Positions 25,832-34,281 of a DNA stretch of 34,281 nucleotides are shown here, piece by piece. Position numbers and translations under genes: made by a program. Numbering within the stretch: the stretch's first letter is position 1; every line of letters begins with the position of its first letter. Origin of the DNA: an uncultured bacterium (GTDB lineage Bacteria > B130-G9); NCBI GenBank assembly GCA_965372715.1, contig CBDVDH010000043.1, forward strand, positions 1 through 34,281. The letters are read 5' to 3'. The notes below the pieces were generated by a model. That model made no database searches, was not told the origin of the DNA, and was given only the letters and a program-made list of their open reading frames with translations.

Positions 25832-27649
25832 TTGAACGGTTTGAGCCCTAAGAGATACTACTCTCAGAGCGTAATCGACGAGGTCAGGGACAAGGCGGAC
25901 ATCGTTCAGGTTGTATCTGAATACATCACACTGAAGCCGGCCGGCCAGAACTTCAAGGCGCTGTGCCCATTTCACAAGGAGAAGACGCCCTCGTTCATGG
26001 TGAATCCCAGCCGCCAGATGTTTCGATGCTTCGGCTGCGGGGAAGGCGGGAACGTATTCACCTTTCTCATGAAGATCGACGGCCTGACGTTTGGCGAGGC
26101 GGTTAAGACACTGGCGCGGCGATACGGTGTAGAGCTCAAGACGGAGGATGGAGAGGAGATCGACAGAGGCGCCCGGTTGAGACAGCGTCTGCTCGACCTT
26201 AACAGGAGAGTAGGGGCCTATTTCCAGCGCAATCTCGTGGATGATAAGATTGGGGGGCGCGCTCTTGAATACCTGAAGAAGCGAGGCGTGAGCGACGATG
26301 CCATAAGGACATTCGCAATCGGCTACGCGAGAGATGGCTGGGACAATCTCTGTTCGACGCTCGGCAAGAAGGCGAGCGAGCTTGAGTTGCTGGAGACGGT
26401 TGGGCTTGTGTCAAAACGCAAGCAGGGGGGATACTACGATCGTTTCAGGGGACGGATAATCTTCCCGATCACGGATATCGCGGGCAACGTTCGTGGATTT
26501 GGGGGGAGGGTCCTCGAAACGGAGGTAGGGGCGGTTCACGAACCGCCCTCTGCCGCGGGAGAAAGGGCTCAGGAGGCGAAGTATCTCAATTCGCCCGAGT
26601 CGCCGGTCTATCACAAGAGCAGGACGCTATACGGCCTGCATCAGGCCAGGGATGCGGTGCGGAGCGAGGGCTTTGTGGTTCTGGTTGAGGGCTACATGGA
26701 CGTGATTGGCCTCTTTGACGCTGGCATAAGAAACGTGGTCGCCACGTGCGGCACGGCGCTTACGCCTCAGCAGTGCGGCTTGATCAAGCGATACACGGAG
26801 CGCCCGGTCGTTTTCTTCGATGCGGACAGCGCGGGGACGAGCGCCTCGCTCAGGAGCTTCGGGGTTTTCAGCGGGGAGGGGCTAAGACCACGAGCTTTCA
26901 AGGCGGACGGAGGGGCCGATCCGGATGACTACGTGAAGCGAGTTGGGGGCGAGGCGCTCAAGAAGGAGCTTAGTCAAGCGCCTCCGTTTCCGGAGTTTTT
27001 GATCAGCGAGACGTTGAGAAGGCATGATGTGGGCAGCGTTGACGGCAAGCTCAGGGTGCTGAAGGAGGTTTTGCCTTCGCTCTCCAGGCTGACGGAAGTC
27101 GAGAAGAACCACTACGTTAGGACGTTGGCTGATGAGCTGGCCGTCGATCAGGAGGCTGTTTTTGCGGAGCTGCGCAAGGTGTCTCGCGGGCCGAAGGTTG
27201 GGGATGAGTCTCAGACGTTGAGGCAGAGGGAGTTCATCGTCGAGGAGCGAGACCTCGTGCGCCTCGTCATGATGGACGAGGAGATACTGGGGCTCGCTTG
27301 TGAGACCGTCGATACACAACTGATAACGAGCCCGTTTCTGCGAGACATCCTTGAATCTTCCCTCTCGGGGCATCGCTCGGGTGTGGCGGTCACGCCGTCC
27401 GCGCTTTTGGACAGATTTGAAGGCGAGTCGCAGAGGGATTTCATCACGCAGCTTGCGTTTTGCGAGTCAATTATCGACAAGACCGGCTTTTCGAGGCTTT
27501 TAGATAGCCTCAAACGCATGTCGCTTATGAGACAGGCTCAGAAAACGCACAAGGAATACCTTGATGCCCTTCCACAGGGGGACGCGGCAAAGGAGGGTGA
27601 GTTGGAGAAGGAGTTTATCGAGCTCAAACGGTCGGCGGTTGCGAAGTAG
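25832..27649 (+). CDS. dnaG: DNA primase
   Basis: CPFHKEKTPSF...CFGCG zinc finger, DRFRGRIIFPI, GFGGR, KYLNSPES, EGYMDV, FDADSAG and DPDD motifs. The start is TTG 25832 or TTG 25841. Confidence 0.98.
   Translation: MNGLSPKRYYSQSVIDEVRDKADIVQVVSEYITLKPAGQNFKALCPFHKEKTPSFMVNPSRQMFRCFGCGEGGNVFTFLMKIDGLTFGEAVKTLARRYGVELKTEDGEEIDRGARLRQRLLDLNRRVGAYFQRNLVDDKIGGRALEYLKKRGVSDDAIRTFAIGYARDGWDNLCSTLGKKASELELLETVGLVSKRKQGGYYDRFRGRIIFPITDIAGNVRGFGGRVLETEVGAVHEPPSAAGERAQEAKYLNSPESPVYHKSRTLYGLHQARDAVRSEGFVVLVEGYMDVIGLFDAGIRNVVATCGTALTPQQCGLIKRYTERPVVFFDADSAGTSASLRSFGVFSGEGLRPRAFKADGGADPDDYVKRVGGEALKKELSQAPPFPEFLISETLRRHDVGSVDGKLRVLKEVLPSLSRLTEVEKNHYVRTLADELAVDQEAVFAELRKVSRGPKVGDESQTLRQREFIVEERDLVRLVMMDEEILGLACETVDTQLITSPFLRDILESSLSGHRSGVAVTPSALLDRFEGESQRDFITQLAFCESIIDKTGFSRLLDSLKRMSLMRQAQKTHKEYLDALPQGDAAKEGELEKEFIELKRSAVAK
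26525..26548 (+). repeat. GTAG-type REP inside the dnaG coding sequence
   Basis: GTAGGGGCGGTTCACGAACCGCCC belongs to the same family as the intergenic REPs and is translated as VGAVHEPP. Confidence 0.88.
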
Positions 27650-27662
27650 AGGGGGCGGATGT

Positions 27663-28889
27663 ATGGATGTGGATTTGGCTTTAGAGCGGCTGCTTGACTT
27701 TCGGACAGCGGAGGTTTTCACGAGGGATGAGCTCCGTGAGAAACTGATGCAATCGGCGAAAAAGAACAGTCCGCTCAGGGTTAAACTAGGTGTCGATCCA
27801 ACCGCGTCTGACATTCATCTTGGGCATGCGGTGGTTCTTAGGAAGATGCGGCAGTTTCAGGACCTCGGCCATATCGGTGTTTTGATCGTTGGCGATTACA
27901 CGGCGCTGGTCGGCGACCCTTCCGGGAGGAACAAGACCCGGCCGCAGCTTTCCTATGCTGAAATCGAACGAAACGCGATAACCTACAAGGAGCAGGTATT
28001 CAAGATACTCGACCCGGAGAGAACCGAGATCGTTCTGAACGGCGATTGGTTCAAAGAGCTCGGTTTTGCGGAGGTGCTGAGTCTGACCTCTCGATTCACG
28101 GTGGCCCGCCTGCTTGAGAGGGACGATTTCGAGAAGAGGCTCTCAAGGAACCAGCCGATTGGCCTCCACGAGGTTCTGTATCCGGTGATGCAGGCCTACG
28201 ATTCGGTGATGGTTCGAGCGGACGTGGAGCTTGGCGCCACGGAGCAGACATTCAATATCTTGATGGGGAGGCAATTACAGGAACAGATGGGGCAAGAGCG
28301 CCAGATTGGGCTGCTGGTCCCAGTTTTAACAGGTACTTGTGGCTCTGTGCGGATGTCCAAGAGCATTGGAAACTACATCGGGATTGCCCAGAGCCCGCAG
28401 GAGATGTTTGGGAAGACTATGTCCATTCCCGACAAACTTATATGCGAATACTTGAGGCTTGCCACTGATTTTGAGATTGGCCAAATAGAGCGGCTTGAAA
28501 AGGCGCTTTCGGACGGTGACAGCAATCCACGGGACGTCAAGTTCCAACTCGCTAAGCGGATTGTGGCCGAATATCACGGGCAGGAAGCGTCGGAGAACGC
28601 GGCGGCGGATTTTGAACGGGTTTTCAAGAGGAAAGAGTCGCCTAGTGAGATGCCCGTCGTCGAGGTCAATTCAGAAGACCTCAAGGATGGCAAGGTCTGG
28701 ATAGCCAAGCTGCTCAGGCTTGCGAACGCGGCAAGCAGCAATTCGAGCGCACTTGGGCTTGTCCGCCAGGGCGCCGTTTCTATTGACGGGGCGCGGGTGG
28801 ATGCCGAGGCGCCGGACGTTCCGGTCACATCCGGCATGACGCTGAAGGTCGGCAGGCATAGGTTCTTTCGCATCGAGCTTTGCAAGTAG
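27663..28889 (+). CDS. tyrS: tyrosine--tRNA ligase
   Basis: KLGVDPTASDIHLGH, GDPSGR, YPVMQAYDS, RMSKS and a C-terminal S4 domain (QGAVSIDG...LKVGR). Start placed at ATG 27663. Confidence 0.98.
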   Translation: MDVDLALERLLDFRTAEVFTRDELREKLMQSAKKNSPLRVKLGVDPTASDIHLGHAVVLRKMRQFQDLGHIGVLIVGDYTALVGDPSGRNKTRPQLSYAEIERNAITYKEQVFKILDPERTEIVLNGDWFKELGFAEVLSLTSRFTVARLLERDDFEKRLSRNQPIGLHEVLYPVMQAYDSVMVRADVELGATEQTFNILMGRQLQEQMGQERQIGLLVPVLTGTCGSVRMSKSIGNYIGIAQSPQEMFGKTMSIPDKLICEYLRLATDFEIGQIERLEKALSDGDSNPRDVKFQLAKRIVAEYHGQEASENAAADFERVFKRKESPSEMPVVEVNSEDLKDGKVWIAKLLRLANAASSNSSALGLVRQGAVSIDGARVDAEAPDVPVTSGMTLKVGRHRFFRIELCK

Positions 28890-28915
28890 GAACGAGACCA
28901 TGACACGGAGACACT

Positions 28916-30238
28916 ATGGAAGAGCGAAAGACTCAGAGCAATGGACGCGAGAGCAACAGCCAGGAAGGGCAACGTTCCGGTCAGGAGAAGTCTGACCGGA
29001 CAAGGCCCGATCAGCAGCGGAGATCATCATCGAGAAGGAGGCGGCCTCGGTCCAACCAGCAGAAAGCCGGTGAGACAAGAGCTGACCAGTCGCGAGCCGA
29101 TCAGCCAAGACAGGATCAGCCAAGGTCCGATCAGCAGCGAGGCGACCAGCAGCGAGGCGACCAGCCAAGGTCCGATCAGCAGCGAGGCGACCAGCCGAGG
29201 TCCGATCAGCAGCGGCGCGACCAGCAAGCGAAACCGCCGTCAAGAAGGAGGCGGCCACCGAGAGGTCGGCGTCCCAGCCAACGTGGCGGAGAAGGCGTCT
29301 CAAAGCCGCGCTCCGACCTGATTTCAGTCAAGGACGATGAGATAAGCGTCGACCGGATGATGAAGCGGCTGTCTCAACGCGCATCGGAACTCGATCTTGA
29401 GTTTCATGGCCCGCCCAGCAAGGGGATAATTGATACTACGAAGCCATCCAGCGAGCGCACAAGGGAGGGCAATCGTGAGGAAGCGCTAGCGGTCGAATTC
29501 GTGAAGAAAGCGGTCGGAAGCAACGAGGTGTTACAGATAATGGCCAGCGATGACTGGAACCTCGCGACCGACTACAGTATCTCTTCGCATCGAACCAGCT
29601 TCGTGGCCGCCCCTTTGGTCCTCCTCAAGCGAATAATCAGGAGGTTCGTCAGGTTCTACACCGATTTTCTCGTGACCAGGCAGAACCGTGTGAATGGCTA
29701 TCTCGTGCGACTCTGCTCGCAGCTTGTCCGCGAACACGTGCGGTCGCAGATCGAAAGCGCCCACGAGATTGAGAGGCTCAAAGGTATGGTGGAGAGACAG
29801 GAAGCCAAGTTCTCCTCAACCGTTGCTGCAATCAACGCCAGGTTCGACAATGACGAGGCGCGCCTTGACCTGATTCGGTCGGAGCTTGAGGTCCGTGCGG
29901 AGGTTGCGCGCGAGGAGCTTGAAACCAAAGAGCATCTGGCCAAACCTGAGGATGTTCCCCGGGACGGGCAGCCAATCGTTGTGCCCAGAAGGGAACTGGC
30001 CCTGGAGGACCGCACAGTTAGGGCGTTGAGCCTTGACATCGACGCTACTATCGCGAGGGAGGAGATGTCTGATCGTGAAGCTACGTCCGAGAGTGAAACG
30101 ACAGCCGCAGTCGAGGCAGAACCCGCTATCGAAACTGCGCCAGAGAGCGAGTCGATTTCGGCGCATAAGGAGGTCCCCGGAGATTCGGAAAGCGTCGAGA
30201 CCGATGAGCGGTCAGCCGAGGAAGACCCTGAGCTTTGA
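28916..30238 (+). CDS. hypothetical protein: Arg/Gln-rich disordered N-terminus, amphipathic/coiled-coil core, acidic tail
   Basis: 440-aa ORF with GGAG RBS, packed between tyrS and the amidohydrolase (4-nt overlap). Core segment SSHRTSFVAAPLVLLKRIIRRFVRFYTDFLVTRQNRVN. Confidence 0.75.
   Translation: MEERKTQSNGRESNSQEGQRSGQEKSDRTRPDQQRRSSSRRRRPRSNQQKAGETRADQSRADQPRQDQPRSDQQRGDQQRGDQPRSDQQRGDQPRSDQQRRDQQAKPPSRRRRPPRGRRPSQRGGEGVSKPRSDLISVKDDEISVDRMMKRLSQRASELDLEFHGPPSKGIIDTTKPSSERTREGNREEALAVEFVKKAVGSNEVLQIMASDDWNLATDYSISSHRTSFVAAPLVLLKRIIRRFVRFYTDFLVTRQNRVNGYLVRLCSQLVREHVRSQIESAHEIERLKGMVERQEAKFSSTVAAINARFDNDEARLDLIRSELEVRAEVAREELETKEHLAKPEDVPRDGQPIVVPRRELALEDRTVRALSLDIDATIAREEMSDREATSESETTAAVEAEPAIETAPESESISAHKEVPGDSESVETDERSAEEDPEL
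29078..29227 (+). repeat. 10 x 15-bp coding tandem repeat (RxDQ[Q/P/S] pentapeptide)
   Basis: RADQS RADQP RQDQP RSDQQ RGDQQ RGDQP RSDQQ RGDQP RSDQQ RRDQQ. Confidence 0.95.
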
Positions 30239-31410
30239 GCGGTACCCTTGAGCAGCCCTCCGCGCCTCGTCCGTTGGAGAGGAGGCTGAAGGAAGAGCTC
30301 GAGCGATTCGGTCCGACCTTGCGCCGCGTCAGCCGAGAGCTATTCGAGCACCCGGAGCTCTCAGGGGAGGAGACGAGGGCCTGCTCGTTGCTTGCCGGGC
30401 TCCTGTCGGAAAACGGCTTCGATCTTGATGCAGATATAAAGGACCTCCCGACGGGCTTTGTGGCGAAACATTCATTTGGCAGAGGTGGCTCGCCCAGGAT
30501 AGGTTTTTTTTGCGAATACGACGCTCTGCCCGGGCTTGGCCACGCTTGCGGACACAATCTTATCGCCTCGGCGAGCCTTGTCGCCGGCCTGGCCCTTGCC
30601 AAATGCCTCGATGCTGAGCGCGGCGAGGTCTGGGTTCTAGGCTCCCCGGCCGAGGAGACGTTCGGCGGCAAGATAGCGCTTCTGAGATTAGGCCGGCTGA
30701 AGGGCCTCGACGCGGCGATGATGTTTCACCCTGGGCCCGAGACGAGAGTTCGGTCAGTGCTCTCGGTTGCCACCGAGCCGACCGAAATTGTCTTTCATTC
30801 CGAGCAGGTTCCAGGGATCACGACCGACGATCCGTCCAACCCCGTTCTTGCCGTGGTGAACCTATTTCAGTCGATCTCGACGGCTGCACGCCGGTTTGGA
30901 GATACCGTAAGCTTCCCGGGGATAATAATTGAGGGCGGCGCGCGCCCAAACGTGATGCCGGTCAAGACGGTCGCCCGGTTCAGCTTCAGGGCAAGGAGCC
31001 GGGTTCTGCTGAGGCGCTTTATGAGTGAGGTCTGCCGCTGCGTGCGCGGCGCGGCTCGCGCTTCGGGCTGTAGTTATTCCATGCGTCGCTACGAGGCTGG
31101 TTACGAGCCGATACTCGTGAACGAGACAATGGCTCGAATCTGCGAGGAATACTTGAAGGACGAGGGATTGACCCCGCTTTCTGCGCCGCCTGAGGCGCCG
31201 GGCGCCTACGACATCGGCAACGTAAGTCGGCAGGTTCCGGTGATTCATCCGATAATCAGCAAAGGATTCGAGGGAGTCTCGACTCACACGGATGAGTTCA
31301 GAGCCAGGGCGGGCTCCGAGGAGGGGATTGAATGCGCAAAGGTGGCGGCAAGGGTGCTTGCATTGGCAGCATCGAGGCTTTTCATATCGCCTGACCTCCT
31401 CGGTGTGTAG
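30235..31410 (+). CDS. M20 family amidohydrolase (AbgB/ACY1L2-like)
   Basis: HPELSGEE, EYDALPGLGHACGHN, PAEE, MMFHP, DIGNVS...P.IHP and HT motifs. Confidence 0.9.
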   Translation: MSGTLEQPSAPRPLERRLKEELERFGPTLRRVSRELFEHPELSGEETRACSLLAGLLSENGFDLDADIKDLPTGFVAKHSFGRGGSPRIGFFCEYDALPGLGHACGHNLIASASLVAGLALAKCLDAERGEVWVLGSPAEETFGGKIALLRLGRLKGLDAAMMFHPGPETRVRSVLSVATEPTEIVFHSEQVPGITTDDPSNPVLAVVNLFQSISTAARRFGDTVSFPGIIIEGGARPNVMPVKTVARFSFRARSRVLLRRFMSEVCRCVRGAARASGCSYSMRRYEAGYEPILVNETMARICEEYLKDEGLTPLSAPPEAPGAYDIGNVSRQVPVIHPIISKGFEGVSTHTDEFRARAGSEEGIECAKVAARVLALAASRLFISPDLLGV

Positions 31411-31454
31411 GGGTGCCGCTTGCTGTGCCCTTCTGTCTGAGACACCGCCCCTAC
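31407..31454. repeat. degenerate GTAG-type REP doublet overlapping the amidohydrolase stop
   Basis: GTAGGGGTGCCGCTTGCTGTGCCC...CACCGCCCCTAC; the TAG at 31408-31410 is the stop codon. Confidence 0.75.
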
Positions 31455-31502
31455 AGGCCGATTCCGACAATCGCATCGCAAATGAAAACCACCGCGTTGA
31501 TC

Positions 31503-31531
31503 TTGACAATCGGCCGTATTTCCTGTATCGT
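31503..31531 (+). promoter_or_regulatory. putative sigma70 promoter for the SPFH gene
   Basis: TTGACA, 17 nt, TATCGT. Confidence 0.55.
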
Positions 31532-31615
31532 TCTTGACTCTCGCGGCTCAATCCGTATCCTGAGATTTGTCTTTTGGTGGTTCTTCTAACGTTCAACGCT
31601 TAGGAGGTGCTCAAG

Positions 31616-32437
31616 ATGCACGCCGTGCTTGTTATCCTAATCCTGCTAGCCCTTTACATCATCAGCTGTGTCAAGATTCTCAGCGAATATGAGCGAGGCG
31701 TCATATTCCGGTTGGGGCGCCTCTTAGAAAGACCCAAAGGTCCGGGGGTTATCTTTCTCTTCAAGCCTATTGACAGGATGGTAAGGGTCGATTTGAGGCT
31801 TATCACGATGGACGTCCCGCCGCAGGACGTCATCACAAAAGACAACATCTCCATAACCGTAAACGCGGTCGTCTATTTCAGGGTCATGGAACCAACCAAT
31901 GCCATAGTCAAGGTCGAGGACTATCAATACGCGACGTCGCAGCTTGCCCAGACCACGTTGAGGAGCGTTCTTGGGCAAGCGGACCTCGACACCCTTCTAT
32001 CTGATAGAACCAGGATCAACACCGACCTTCAGACGATTCTCGATGCCGACACCGACCCCTGGGGCATCAAGGTGGCCAAGGTTGAGGTCAAGCACGTCGA
32101 TCTTCCCACGGAGATGAAGCGCGCCATAGCAAGGCAGGCCGAGGCGGAGCGAGAGAGAAGAGCCAAGGTCATCAACGCCGAGGGTGAATATCAGGCGGCC
32201 ACCCGACTTGCTGATGCTGCGACGATCATCGGCAAGCACCCCATGGCGCTTCAGATGCGTTACCTTCAGACCCTGTCCGAAGTCGCTGCCGAGAATAACT
32301 CGACGATCGTCTTCCCCATTCCGATCGATCTCTTCAAGCCGTTCATCAAGCTGGCCGAGGCGCTGGGGACGAAGGAGGAGCCATTGATCAATCCGGCGGA
32401 TGTATTGAAGGAACGGGAGGAGAAAGAGGATAAGTAA
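31616..32437 (+). CDS. SPFH/band-7 stomatin-like (slipin) protein
   Basis: N-terminal [47 protein letters not shown] and QMRYLQTL motifs. AGGAGG RBS lies 8 nt before ATG 31616. Confidence 0.96.
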   Translation: MHAVLVILILLALYIISCVKILSEYERGVIFRLGRLLERPKGPGVIFLFKPIDRMVRVDLRLITMDVPPQDVITKDNISITVNAVVYFRVMEPTNAIVKVEDYQYATSQLAQTTLRSVLGQADLDTLLSDRTRINTDLQTILDADTDPWGIKVAKVEVKHVDLPTEMKRAIARQAEAERERRAKVINAEGEYQAATRLADAATIIGKHPMALQMRYLQTLSEVAAENNSTIVFPIPIDLFKPFIKLAEALGTKEEPLINPADVLKEREEKEDK

Positions 32438-32466
32438 ATCAAGTGTGCATTTCCATGGCGGGACGT

Positions 32467-32587
32467 GTAGGGGCGATTCACGGAGGCTGGGTCATAATTG
32501 GGTGTCGGGCGTCGTAGGGGCGGTGCTTGCCCCGCCCTTCATACGTTCGGTCACATCAGAGAAGGGCGGTTCCTGAACCGCCCCTAC
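32467..32587. repeat. GTAG-type REP cluster (partial REP plus doublet)
   Basis: GTAGGGGCGATTCACG (32467), GTAGGGGCGGTGCTTGCCCCGCCC (32514-32537), 26-nt spacer, GGGCGGTTCCTGAACCGCCCCTAC (32564-32587). Confidence 0.9.
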
Positions 32588-32638
32588 GGGAATCGTCCCG
32601 CGTTGGTTGGCCCTTGACCATTCGGAAAGGAGAGGAGC

Positions 32639-34174
32639 TTGGCGGAGACACGAGAGAGATGGAAGAGCAGGACGGGGTTCCTGCTCGCCGCGATTGGCTC
32701 GGCGGTCGGCCTGGGCAATATCTGGCGATTCAACTACATCTGCTACAAGAACGGCGGCGGCGCGTTTCTCATTCCCTACTTGACTGCGCTTGTTGTGGCC
32801 GGTATCTCTCTCCTGTTGCTCGAATACGCGATCGGCCACCGCTCCCGCGGTTCCGCCCCGGTTGCCTACAAGCAGGTCGGAAAGCGTTGGGAGTGGGTCG
32901 GCTGGATGACCGTCAACGTCGCGATGTTCGGCATCTTGATTTACTACGCCGTCATTCTCGCCTGGTGCGCCAACTTCCTCACCTATTCCTATTCTCTCAA
33001 ATGGGGAACCGACCCTGACAAGTTCTTCATGTCCGAATACTTGGGCATAACGAGCGACCCCTGGGAGATTGGCTCAATGCAGTGGCACATAGTCATCGCG
33101 CTTGCAATCGTATGGGCGCTCAACTGGTTCATCACGTTCAAGGGCGTCCAACGAGGCATCGAGATCGCCTGCAAGATATTCATGCCGCTACTCTTCGTCC
33201 TAACCGTGATACTGGTCATCCGGGGCCTCACGCTCCCGGGGGCGATGACGGGCATCAAATGGTATCTGACGCCGGATTTCTCCAAACTAGGGGAGTTCAG
33301 TGTTTGGCAGGATGCATTCACGCAGATTTTCTTCTCGATAGGCGTTGGCTTCGGTATCATGGTTGCCTACGCCAGCTACTTGCCTAAGAGGGCCAACCTC
33401 ACGGGCAACGCCATGATAACCGCACTCATCAACAGCGGCTTCTCGTTGTTCATGGCATTTGCGGTTTTCGGGACGCTGGGCTACATGGCCACCGAGACGG
33501 GCAAGCAAGCAAGCGAGGTTGTTACGTCTGGCCCGACCCTGGCCTTCGTCGTGTTCCCCAAGGCGATCAGCCTCATGCCAGTTGCGCCTCACTTCTTCGC
33601 GGTTCTGTTCTTCACCTGCCTCCTCGTCGCTGGCCTGTCGTCGTCGATCTCAATTGTGGAGGGATTCGGTTCGGGCCTCATGGACAAGTTCGGCATCTCA
33701 AGGACCAAAACAGTTACGCTATTGTGCGTGATCGGCTTCTTGGGCGGGCTGATCTACTGCACGGGCGCGGGGCTTTTCTGGCTGGACATCGTAGATCATT
33801 TCATTATGAGCTACGCCGCGGTGCCGCTCGCAATAGTGGAGTGTATCGTCTTTGGCTGGCTTATTCGGGGCACGGTTAAGAGGAAGCGCGCCCGAGGCGC
33901 CGATTTCCTGCTCACGCACATCAACGATGTCTCCGACCGCAAGATACGCGCCTGGTGGGTCTGGGCGATCCGGATTGTGATACCGGCAGTCCTGTCCACT
34001 ATCACGGTCTTGGGTGTGTTCAAGATCTTCAGCGAAGGATACGAGGGCTATCCAGTCTCTGCCCTTTTGTGGATAGGGCTGGGTGCGATCACGATATTCT
34101 TCATAATCGCCCTGCTACTTGCGTTCAAGCCGTGGCATAGGGAGAAGCACCCCGGCTGGGAGGACGAGGACTAG
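32639..34174 (+). CDS. neurotransmitter:sodium symporter (NSS) family transporter, probably amino acid:Na+
   Basis: RERWKSR, GSAVGLGNIWRF, GGGAFLIPY, WQDAFTQIFFS, GPTLAFVVFP and AGLSSSISIVE motifs; about 12 TMs. Confidence 0.96.
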   Translation: MAETRERWKSRTGFLLAAIGSAVGLGNIWRFNYICYKNGGGAFLIPYLTALVVAGISLLLLEYAIGHRSRGSAPVAYKQVGKRWEWVGWMTVNVAMFGILIYYAVILAWCANFLTYSYSLKWGTDPDKFFMSEYLGITSDPWEIGSMQWHIVIALAIVWALNWFITFKGVQRGIEIACKIFMPLLFVLTVILVIRGLTLPGAMTGIKWYLTPDFSKLGEFSVWQDAFTQIFFSIGVGFGIMVAYASYLPKRANLTGNAMITALINSGFSLFMAFAVFGTLGYMATETGKQASEVVTSGPTLAFVVFPKAISLMPVAPHFFAVLFFTCLLVAGLSSSISIVEGFGSGLMDKFGISRTKTVTLLCVIGFLGGLIYCTGAGLFWLDIVDHFIMSYAAVPLAIVECIVFGWLIRGTVKRKRARGADFLLTHINDVSDRKIRAWWVWAIRIVIPAVLSTITVLGVFKIFSEGYEGYPVSALLWIGLGAITIFFIIALLLAFKPWHREKHPGWEDED

Positions 34175-34223
34175 CGCCCCTGCCGGCGACCCCTCGCGCG
34201 GCCGGGCCATGATCCCGTGACCT

Positions 34224-34281
34224 GTAGGGGCGGCTCACGAGCCGCCCTGATTTCACAGCGATATATTGAGGGCGGCTCGTG
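34224..34281. repeat. GTAG-type REP doublet, truncated by the window end
   Basis: GTAGGGGCGGCTCACGAGCCGCCCT is identical to 23646-23670; its inverted partner AGGGCGGCTCGTG runs off the window. Confidence 0.9.

Noticed and set aside
29078-29227. Possible CRISPR array
   Set aside because: These are contiguous 15-bp in-frame coding repeats with no unique spacers, and there are no cas genes in the window. The REP doublets elsewhere are inverted pairs, not direct-repeat arrays.

Overview
A 34.3-kb chromosomal segment from a GC-rich, outer-membrane-bearing (lolA+) bacterium, probably an uncultured anaerobic lineage; I cannot assign taxonomy without a search. It opens with the 5' ~1 kb of a 16S rRNA gene (minus strand) with a clean sigma70 promoter and boxA. 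Housekeeping genes include ddl, valS, lolA, accA, dnaG, tyrS, a prenyl-diphosphate synthase, a stomatin-like protein and an NSS transporter. Most interesting: (1) a lower-GC ~870-aa membrane protein (6017-8629, minus) whose last ~250 aa resemble, by eye, an HK97/encapsulin capsid-fold domain, with a small overlapping membrane ORF upstream, a candidate membrane-tethered capsid mimic or anti-phage system; (2) a citryl-CoA synthetase/lyase-like three-gene operon whose ATP-grasp subunit has an unusual substrate loop and a fused 2x[4Fe-4S] ferredoxin; (3) several REP/MITE families, one inserted in-frame inside dnaG, one supplying a stop codon, one pair with a flipped spacer, and two nested copies bracketing an orphan CcrM/M.HinfI-like methyltransferase; (4) a RomR-like polarity protein next to valS. 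All family calls come from motif recognition and recalled reference sequences; no searches were run.
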